NCBI RefSeq assembly: GCF_001194135.2
Contig: NC_068990.1
Coordinates: 25,019,959 to 25,083,958 of the forward strand
DNA from: Octopus bimaculoides
Taxonomy: Eukaryota
DNA: 64,000 nt
Direction of reading: 5' to 3'
Shown here: in pieces, positions 36,461 through 47,900 of the stretch
How positions within the stretch are numbered: the stretch's first letter is position 1
Layout of the letters: every line of letters begins with the position of its first letter
Made by a program: the position numbers and the translations under genes
The notes under the pieces: model-generated
What the model saw: the letters and a program-made list of their open reading frames with translations, nothing else
What the model was told of the DNA's origin: nothing
Database searches by the model: none

Positions 36461-39400
36461 ATGCATGTGCAAGTGTGTGTACATTTGTGCTTCTCTGAAA
36501 TTGTTGAGCTACAAGCAAAGCAGTGATGTCACTGTTGTTGTTTCCCCTGTCAACAAAATATCTGTTAGCTTTTTGTCTCCAAAGCCATGTGTGATAAGAG
36601 ATTTCTTTGTTGAAAAGCAAGTAAGAGTATCCAGCTGTTTCACAATGCCACAACAATATAGTCATCTAACTCATGCTAGTATGTAAAAAAACGGACATAA
36701 AATAAGTATTGCAGTAGTAGTAGTAGCAGCAATAACAGCAAAAGTAAGAAACTCACTTGAAGAGATGATTCCATCAATAAATTCTTTACGGGTGACTTTT
36801 CCATCATGGTCTTTGTCTTGACGTCTGAAGAAGTCCATAATTCTTGACTTATTATGATGCATCCAACGTAGGTAGCGTTTCCGCCAATCATCAAAGTCAA
36901 AGTTCTTCATTCTCTCGACTTCATTCATATATTCTTGGGCATCTTGTAGTTTTCTTTGTCGGTCCATAGCCAAAAGCCACACTTGCTGCCATTTGGTAAA
37001 CAGAGCCCCAACTCGTGGGTTTTTGAATTGAGGATCTGGTGTACGGCGGCCAGTGTCTCGACTGCAAAATAAAAAGTAATATTTAAGAAATTCTTATTCT
37101 TTAACAGAATTTTTTTCATCTCTTACAGAAGAATGATATGTTAACACAAGTTCTTCATTTATTATATTCACTCCACCCCTGTCAGCTGTTCCCCATCTTG
37201 CAACCTCTACCCACGCACACCCTATTCTGCCCTCTCCATTCATTTCATACTTTAGCCCCTTTCAGACCTGGGCCCCTCTGTCTAACTTCACCCTCCACCT
37301 GGGCTAAAAAATAATTAGTTGCATACACAGCTCAAGAGTAACGATTATTTCAGGCAAACTAATGGACAGAATCAGCTGCATCTTCTTCTTCTACAAGTGT
37401 GGTTTATTACTGCTTTACTAGGAATCCAGCAGAGATGACGTTTAACCTGTTCCTGCTAAAGCAAGAATATAGTGTGACAGGGTTAAGAAACAATACACAC
37501 ACCTCATCGTCATCACTACTTTAGCTCTTCCTAGCTCTACCCCATCCTCTCTTCTATAAGGTGAGTAGTTATGTAGCTCCTCTACAGCAAGAAACCCCAT
37601 TTTGCTGTCACTTTGCCTCATTTCCTACCATAAAAGCTGCTTCTTTCAGGGGTCATAGTTTCTTGCTAGATGCAAGGACCAGTCAAGTACTTGTCTTATG
37701 GTATCATCAACCTCCCCTGCTTCCACAAAACTGCTGGCCTTGTGCCTAATTCAGAAACCATTATTACAGAGTTACATAAATTGAAGAAAAAAAATACAAT
37801 TTTAGATCCAAGAGTCACAGACAACAGGTGGACTTGTGCAGTTGTCGAGTGGTATCCAAGAGATCAGAAAAGGCCATTTGGAAGGTCACCATGACAATGG
37901 TAAGATCTAGTTAACTAATTAGGGTCAAGATGGAAAAAAATGGCACAATCAAGATAGAATTGGAAGCGTATTGTGACCAGCAGTGTATAACAGCATCTGA
38001 TGGTCTGGTCAATACTGTGATACATGAATAAAAGATAGGATAGTCATGGTTAGAACACTTTTAATCATAAGGGTGACCTTGGGGTTAAACAATACCCAAT
38101 CCTATTGCTCCCCTTCATTTCCCACAAAGCAAAAAGAACATTACCTTATATTGCTAAAAGACTTTCTAGTTTTCCTAAATATGGGTATTTGAGAAGATTC
38201 TGCTGTTGTTGACAACCGCCTCTTTTCAGTCTTCGTTAATTTATCAATTTCTGGTTGTTTTGATGAGATTTCACCTTGTAAGTCCTACAACACAAACAGG
38301 CAACCAGTGATAATGGATACAATAGCAGGGGAAAATGAAAGCGGTTAGGGATGAACTAAATATATTAAAATAGAATGTTTACTGATTAAAAAGGAAAATA
38401 TTGATTTCAAGAATTCATTTAGGATAGCATTGATCGTTATAGGTTAATTATAATAACAAAAACAAAGTTACATAGTTAACAGAAGAGAGAAATAGATAAA
38501 GAGAAGGTAGAAAAAATGTAAATGCAAAAATATATAAAGACAGACCTGATGATCTTTTATAAGTTGATTGATAACTTCCAGATTTTCGGGTATAGCCATT
38601 TGGTTTTGGTTCAACAATGTACCTTCAGCATCAGTCAGCCATTGAAGCAGATTTTCAAGACTAGCTGCGTTTTGGCGCATAACCTTCAGACCATCTGCCA
38701 AACGTAAGCCTCGTTGCCGGGACCAGGAGGTTAACTGGTTAAAGTAAAAAAGAAAAATAATTAAAATGTGACAAATTATAGGCACAGATGTGGCTGCATG
38801 GTAAGAATTTGCTTTCTAACCACATGGTTCTGGGTTCAGTCCCACTGTATGGCACCTTGGGCAAGTGTCTTCTACTTTAGCCTCAGGCCAACCAAAGCCT
38901 TCTGCATGGATTTAGTAAACGGAAACTGAAAGAAACCCATTATATATATATATATATATATATATCTCCACATGTGAATCGTTGGCGATTTTCTTCCTCC
39001 GTCTTCCTTTTTTATTGGACGTTCCTCTATTCTGATGAAGAGCGTTGCTTGAAACGTTAAACCATCTTTCTTTCCTTCTCTGAGCGTCTACTAATATTTT
39101 ACATGTACCATGTCCTCGCGTGGTTTTTTTTTTGTGTTTGTTCTTCAGTTTTTTTTTTGGGGGGGGGGATTTACTATATGTATGCATATGTATCTATGTT
39201 TGTATGTCTTTGTGTTTGTCCCCCATCACTAAAGCCTGAAATGTGGTGCTCAACCATGACAGAAACCAATAAAAGAATGAAATTCTTTATGGAACTAAAT
39301 CCTCCCAGAAATTGGTGGTGGATAAAAGAAAGGAATTTTTACCTCTTCCCACCGAGCCCGTAATACTGACAGCCAATTTTTTAGTGAGGACAGGGAATCA

Positions 39401-40551
39401 GGATGGCAACGGGCAATTATTTCTTGACCAATGGTCAAGGCTTCTCTTAAATCGGCTTCTTTACCCAGGAGATTTTCTTCAAATTTCTGGAATTGAGAAA
39501 AAAAGAAATAAATATATATATATTTATATCAAAATCTGTAATATAATTTGAAGTGGTATTGTTTAATATGCAAAGCTGAAACCAGTGGTTTTATAGTCCA
39601 TGCTAAAGCATTACAATTTGAGGTGATATTAACCCTTTCATTACCAGCCCGGCTGAAACCGGCTCTGGCTCTGAGTACAAATGTCTTGTTTTCATAAGTT
39701 TTGAATTAAAATCTTCCACCAAACCTTAGTCACAATTTATGTTCCTAACATTAGCTTTAATGATAACTAAGTTATTTTACTAAATTCTTTGTTATATTTA
39801 AAGTAATTGAAAGAAACACAGAGCATCTCAACAGAAATATGGTAACGAAAGGGTTAAAGACTTATTTAACTGTTAAATTATGGGTAAAGGTTGCATGAAA
39901 GTGTGTGCCAAATAAACAACAAACAAAAGAATCACATTTTCTTAAGGATTATACATATTTTTACTTTAAATACAAAAATTATAATAATTGTTAGTCTGCC
40001 ATACGATAAAATGTACAATCCCATTATCAAAAAGTGCTGTAAAATATTCACTTTTCTTGATGATAGCTGTATTCTTGTAGGCTTTTTGAAATATCAACTG
40101 ATGTCCACTGTTCTCCAATGACACATAAATTGATGATGTTAGTTTAATGGTTAAAGAGAATACAGACGACCTATCAGTTACTTGGATCAGTTATTTGAAT
40201 GACTCTGAAGAGACCCTAAAATGATTTGAGTAATTATTAAAATCATATTTCATGGAAAATTTAGGATAATTCCTTTCTGTACTCTTGAAAGCATTATTCA
40301 TCATCATCATTGTTTAACGTCCATTTTCCATGCTGGCATGGGTTGGACGGTTTGACTGGGGACTGGCAAGCCAGGAGGCCACACTAGGCTCCAATCTGAT
40401 CTGACAATGTTTCTACAGCTGGATGCCCTTCCTAACGCCAACCACCCAGAGTGTAGTGGGTGCTTTCAAGAGTACAGAAAAGAATTATCCTAAATTTTCC
40501 TTGAAATATGATTTTAATAATTGCTCAAATCATTTTAGAGTCTTTTCAGAG

Positions 40552-40582
<31 letters not shown>

Positions 40583-41592
40583 GAAAGTAGTGAACTGGCA
40601 GAATTGTTAGTATGCAGGGCAAAATGCTAAGTGGCATTTTGTCCATCTTCATGTTCTGAGTTCAAATTCTGCCAAGGTCAACTTTGCCTTTCATCCATTC
40701 ACGATTGATAAAATAAGGTACCAGTTGAGTACTGGGGTTGATGTTATCAACTTACAAGACTTCAGGCTTTGTGTCTATACTAGAAAGATTATTAAGGCAG
40801 CAAGCAGGAAGAACCATTGGAATGTCAGACAAAATGTTAACATTTTTTCCGACTCTTTACATTTTGAGTTCAAATTCTGCCAAGGCTGACTTTGCTTTTC
40901 ATCCTTTCAGGGTCGATGCAACTGACTTGCCCCTCCCCACAAATTTCAGGCCTTGTGCTTTTAATAAAAAGAACTACTATTGACATTATTATATTTCTTA
41001 TTATTTCATGAATGTTTTATATAATATTTCCAACAACTTTCAGAATGAATGAAATACCTTGTGGTCATCCCTCAGTTTCAGCAAAGCCTGTTCATCATCA
41101 GGGAAAGATCCTTGATAGCGAAGCTGTCTTTCTGCTTCAGCTAACCAATCTAATAAACTCTGGGCTTTTTTATGGAAGTCTTCAGCCTTTAAATTAAAAA
41201 AAAAAGAAAAGACAAATCATATATGTGTGTACATATAAGAGATATCATATATGTGTATGCATATAGGAGATATCAGATATGTGTGTGTGCGTGTGTGCAT
41301 ATAAGAGATATCATTATATTTGAGAAGAGTCATAATCAGTAAAGATTAGAAACACATTCATTGGTTGTTCTTTTGTTTATATTTCATTTCCCTTTTCAAA
41401 ACAGTTGATGTTAGTTCTATATTTAAGAGATGAGGAATTATGTACATTATTTACATTATTTACATTTGACGGATATTTGTCCTCATCTTGTTTGTTGTTA
41501 ACACAACGTTTCGGTTGATATACCCTCCAGCCTTCATCAGGTGTCTTGGGGAAATTTCAAACCTGAGTTCTCATTCCTAAGGCATTTTACAC

Positions 41593-41630
<38 letters not shown>

Positions 41631-44600
41631 TCACTGCCTGGAATTGAACTCGGAATCTTGGGGTTAGTAGCCCGTGCTCTTAAGCACTACGCCATATGTT
41701 TATGTCTCCCCAAAATATTTTTCTCTTCACCAATTTGTAGTTTTCTGAATAGTGAAGGCATGTGGCTTAGTGGTCAGGGTATTTGGCTCATGATTGTAAG
41801 ATTGAGAGTTCATTTCTCAGCAGCGCAATGTATCCTTAAGCAAGACACTTTATTTCACATTGTCCCAGTCCACTCAGCTGGCAAAAATGATTAGTACCTA
41901 TATTTCAAAGGACCAGCCTTGTTACATTGTGTCACGCTGAATCTCCTTGAGAACTACATGAAGGGTATGCATGTCTGTGGAGTCCTCAGCCACTTGCATG
42001 TTAATTTCACAAGCAGGCTGTTCCATTGATCAGACCAACTGGAACCCTTGTTGTTGTAACTGACGGAGTGCTAATTAACATTTTTAATTTTAAATATTTG
42101 GCTTTTAGCTGAAGCATCTAAAAGTGTTGTGCTGATTCTGACTAAGGATTATGTTAACAGTACGAGTATGTGTGGGATACTCAGCCACTTAAAGCTAAAA
42201 TTCAAAGAGCAGGAGTGGAGTTGAAACACCCAGAGTACTCAATGTTAAAACCGTTGGACTATCTATTTATATTTACTACATGTCTTGGGCATGACGTTAA
42301 ACTGCACCCTGAAGTTCTCATGAACAGGGGTAGCACCCTATTAGCTCCCCAAGCCTGGGTTACAGTGAAGCTGTTGGCAGCAGGACCGTGGTTATCATGA
42401 GAGGTTGGAGAAATGACTCTCACTTGGATTTTATGATCAATGTCTTGCATAATACAGAGTACCACCTGTGTTTTATATAGCAGAGATTAACCTCTTTGTT
42501 AGTTGGTACTGTGATTGAGAAAGGAAACTTAGGGACTCCATCTCTCATGTTTTCTCCTGCCCACCCCCTATGATATAACTGACAATGTGCAGACTGACAC
42601 AGGACAGACATGAGTGGAGGGCCATAGTGGATCAATAGTTTGAGCCTTCAGTCTAAAGAACAAGACATGTTTATAGCTGACAGGTTTGTATTGTCTGTAT
42701 ATAAAGTTACACCATGTCCAGTTATATTTTAGGTTCATTCTCACTGCATGGCAGCTAGTCCAAATGTCTTCTACTGCAACCCTGGAATGACCACTGTTTT
42801 GGGGTGGATTTGGTAGAGAAAAACTGAGAGAAGCTTCTGTGTGTGTGTGTGTGTGTGTGTGAGACTTGACATCATGTGATGGTTGTAAATGAGCATCACC
42901 ATCTTGCATGTGATGTAATTCATTTCAAGTGTTCCATAAAAACATGCCCAACCATGGGGAAATATATCCTTGCTTGGAAACAGGTGAGGGTTGCTAAGAA
43001 AAAGAGCATCTGGCCATGGAAAACATACCTCAATGAATTCCATCTGATCAATGTGAGCATGGAAAAATGGTTATAAAATTCAACCAAATTAATTGAATAA
43101 CCCTAATGAAATCTGCTGATGGCTTTATAATACTTTTTACATTTTAACAAAGGAAACTAACCATTCTCTGAGCTTGTTCTAGACGTTCTTGTTTGTTAAC
43201 GCTCAATGTACATATACGGTCCCATAGGGTTGTTAGTTCTATTAACTGTGCTTGTTGTTGACTTGTGTCTTCTTCAGATTTTCCTATCAGTTCTTTGGCC
43301 GCATTGCGTACAAAAGAAACAGTCTTAGATCTGGCACCCAATTCTTGTTGGAAAGCCTTTAAAAGAGAGAGAGAGAAAAGACATTAACATTTGTATCAAA
43401 TTTAGAATAAGCATTAGAAACATAAAATATGTCAGGTATTTGATGGTTGTCCCAGAAGTGTGAAATATACCAAGCATATAGGATAATTGTTAGAAATGTG
43501 AACTACACAAAGTGCAGCAGAAAAATCTCCCATATTTTACACAGTCATTAGCATGGCACTAGTAAAGTTAGGCAGATGGCAATAATGTCTTCATGTAGCT
43601 AATTCTTTACTGTCTTCTTTTTAGTTTGAAACTGTGTACAACATGCATTTGTTGACTATGATTTTTCTTTTATGCACCCTGTATCATATTTATAAGTTAG
43701 AAATGTGTTGCATGTCTCAACTATAAAAATAAAAACAATGCTGTTTTTATTTTTTTTAAATCATTCTTGCTGTATATTTTGAAATTTTATTTATGAAATA
43801 AAATGTAAAATGCTGTTTAAAAGCTGAATGTAAATCATTAGACATTAGTGGAAATAAGATAAAATGAGTCAATAAACAGAAAAGCATGTGAAAACTCAGT
43901 TCCTTGTTGGAATTGAACCTAAATTCTTATGATTCAATTGAAATGTCTTTTTCATCTATAACATCCCAATTTTTATTGATCTCATTAGGTAATTCAACAT
44001 CCAACCAGATCAATATAGTCAGCTTTATATTGATGTTTTTCATTCTTGGAAACTTTAATAGAGTCAATAAAACAAATACTATATTCTAAAAAATAAAAAT
44101 AAAAAAAACTCGACAGTCGAGCTGAAAGAAGTCTGCTTACCTTGTGTATTTCTGTAAGGTTGTTAACAGTTTCAATATCACCATGGACAGGTTGATCTTC
44201 AGATAAACCGGGTTCAGATTTTGATAACCAGTCCAACAGAGCTTGCAGTGCATCATTGAATTGTCCAGAGAACAGTAGAGCCTCTTCTAGATTTCTTTGT
44301 CTGAACAAATGAAAAATAACAATTCATTCTTTCATAAACATATCACTTGAAGGAGAGAATGGGAAGCTGTGACAGTTGTGTGTGTAAATGTGTGCCTGTG
44401 TTTAAATCTGTGATCGCTTTTATGAATGTTCTGACAGGAAGGCGGCGAGCTGGCAGAAACATTAGCATGCCGAGTAAAATGCTTAGTGGTATTTCGTCTG
44501 TATTTACGTTCAGAGTTCAAATTCCGCCGAGGTCAACTTTGCCTTTCATCCTTTCGGGGTCGATAAATTAAGTACCAGTTGCGTACTGGGGTCGATCTAA

Positions 44601-44872
44601 TTGACTCCCCCAAAATTTTGGGCCTTACGCCTAGAGTAGAAAAGAATGTTCTGACAGGTGGTGTTGCTGTTAACAATTATCTGCTCATTTCATGCTTTTC
44701 AAGGAAGAGAATGAGAAATCCTTTCCTTGTAAAACAATATCTCAATGATATATTTGTCTAATCCATACTAGCATGGGAAAACAAATGTGGAAAAAAAAAT
44801 GAATGAATGAATAGGATAAGACCATGGTAACATAGGAAAATGGATGTAAAATTAGAAAGATATATGTATGTT

Positions 44873-44921
<49 letters not shown>

Positions 44922-47900
44922 TTTATTGAAACCAAATCTTGTCCAACATAATTTAAGCACTCCTTTATCATTTGGCCAACATAAATCAATGTGTGTGATA
45001 ATTTTTAGAGGTGGGATGTTGCAGTATAATAAATAGCCAATATGGAGAAATACAATACTTTTTGGAACAGACACACACAAAAGATGAAGAGAAAGTGGTG
45101 CATGCCCACCAGACAAGTGAGGTTCTTAAGAGCTAATATTTAACTTGATAAACTATCAATAGATCTGTTTACTTGGAGAAAAAATTCCTCATTCAGACAG
45201 AGCACACCATGTAAAAGATGGCATCGTTCTGGAGAATTTTTCCATTTAATTAAAACTCTAACATATATAATTTCCATTTTTCTGGCTTAGAAGAGGAATA
45301 GCAGTGCTTCCAACCTTCTCAGGGCCTCTAGAACTGAAGGTAAGAATGAAAGAAGTTATTTCTCTAACAGTAAACCCATCCCCAAGTTTTTGCAACAGAT
45401 TTAAGTTTGCTCAAAGTACAAAAGCCAGATGGTGAACTCAAACCAAGTGATAGATTAAATCTACAACCATGGATATTCTTCAGGGACAAGCACCAACTTC
45501 AAACAGAACACTAAATTCTAAGCAAGCATTGTAAAGAAAAAAGACTTACCGGGCTACAGACTTCCCACAAACTGTATTCCATCTGCCCTTCAATTCACTC
45601 AGTTTTTGTTGAATGGCAGGATGATCGCTAACTGGTGAACGATCTTTCAAGTTACGAGCAGTACGATTTATTGTATCATACACTGGTTGTTTGCCACCCA
45701 GGTTCCTCTGAAACTCCTGAAAAATATCAAATAAATATTGTTTTAGGTAACTGAATGACATATATAAAAAGTTATAGTCCTTGTTAATCTGAAAGATTCT
45801 GTGTGGCATTTGAAGTTGTCAAAACTAGTTTTTGTGTAAAGATTTTATTGAATAAGAGAGAGAGAGAGAGTGAGTGAGAGTGAGAGAGAGAGAGAGAGAG
45901 AGAAAGAGAGTATATATAATAAATATAAATTGCAGTTACCTTGTGCTTTGCAATTTGAAGTTTAATCTTTGCTGGATCATTGCTGATCAATGTGTCTGAA
46001 TCAAGGATTTTATCTGCTTCGTTAAGCCAGTTAAGTAACTCATTCCATAAATTATGGAACTGAAAGATAAAGCAAAAAGTGAATACAAAAACTATAAGCA
46101 AATCATAACAAAAAAACTGTATTTGCTGTCCGTAAAGTAAAAAATAGAGGAGGGATAAATATTGATAAGAATATATATTTTTTTATAATTATCAAATAAG
46201 CAGCTTAAAATTTCCATAATTTTCTGTCAATTCACCTGTAGACAGAAACTGTAGATAATTTACAGGATTTAGTTTAAGTTCACTACATTCTGAGTTTGAT
46301 TCATTGCTATAGTACCAATAAATGGCACATTATACTGAAGTTCCCTGGCCACATTATGGACCAGACATTGTCCTCGTGTCTGAGTCCATCAAGCAAGTAG
46401 GGCTGCTGGAGCTGACTGTCCCATGGGAAGATCACATGGAAGAAGCTTTTGAGAGAAAGCTCTCCAAGTATGTAGGTCTGGTCAGTGACTGCCAGCAGAG
46501 GTGTCTCCCAGTGGAGGTAGGATGCAGGGGTTTCACAGCCCGTTCCCTGACCAGAGCTTTCAGTAGTTTGGGCATTGAGGAAGCGAGAAGGAGGAAGGCC
46601 ATCCGCAGTACCACCGATGCGGCAGAGAGGGCTTCAAGATGGCTGTGGATCAAAAGAGGAGAGCCATGGGGTAGCTATTTGGCCATCTGGACATAAGCTG
46701 GAGTCTGATCAGCCCCAGCTGGGTCACCTGGAGGAGGCTGTATGATGTTGAAAGACTCGAAACACTTAATGATACCAGGTACATCACTGAAGATGTGTCC
46801 AGATGCATCAGTCATTGATGTATGCACACAACAAACCAAATAAATACTTTTGATAGCAACCTTTCCAAGACTGTCCTTGGTTCTATGATACAAACTTCAT
46901 ATTTAAAATTATCAAAATTAAGACCTTCCATCAAAATTTCGTGTTAATTTCTGTTCCAATTATTTGTTATTTTCAGAATTGATTGGAACAAAGGTGGTGT
47001 ATATCAACAGAAATGTGATAGCAAAAGTGTTAAAATAATAATTGTTATATTTCTTGGTTCAAATTCAGCTGAGGTCAATTTTGCCTTTCATTATTTCAGG
47101 GTCAATAAAATAAGTGACAGTTGAACACAGGGGTTGATGTAATTGACTGAACCCCTCCCTTGAAATTCCTGGCCTTGCGCCAAAATTTGAAATCAATATT
47201 TATTTCTTGGCATAATTTAAATGTAGGAGCTAGATGCAGTTGATTTACCCTTTTGTTACCATATTTCTGCCATATAGGATTTTCGAGCGGGATCGTTGCC
47301 GGTGCCCCTAGACTGGCTCATGTGCGGGCGACACATAAAATCTTTCCGAGCGGGATCGTTGCCGGTGCCCCTGGGCTGGCTCATGTGCGGGCGACACATG
47401 AAATCTTTCCGAGAGGGACCGTTGCCGGTGCCCCTGGGCTGGCTCATGTGCGGGNNNNNNNNNNNNNNNNNNNNNNNNNNNNNNNNNNNNNNNNNNNNNN
47501 NNNNNNNNNNNNNNNNNNNNNNNNNNNNNNNNNNNNNNNNNNNNNNNNNNNNNNNNNNNNNNNNNNNNNNNNNNNNNNNNNNNNNNNNNNNNNNNNNNNN
47601 NNNNNNNNNNNNNNNNNNNNNNNNNNNNNNNNNNNNNNNNNNNNNNNNNNNNNNNNNNNNNNNNNNNNNNNNNNNNNNNNNNNNNNNNNNNNNNNNNNNN
47701 NNNNNNNGCTCTTGTGTGGGGTTGTTGTAGGATTTTCGAGCGCGATCGTTGCCAGTGCCCCTGGGCTGGCTCTTGTGCGAGTGACACATGAGGTTTCTCG
47801 AGCGAGATAAGCGTGGCCGTTGCCAGTACCGCCTGACTGGCCTTCGTGCGGGTGACACGTAAAAGCACCCACTACACTGAGTGGTTGGCGTTAGGAAGGG

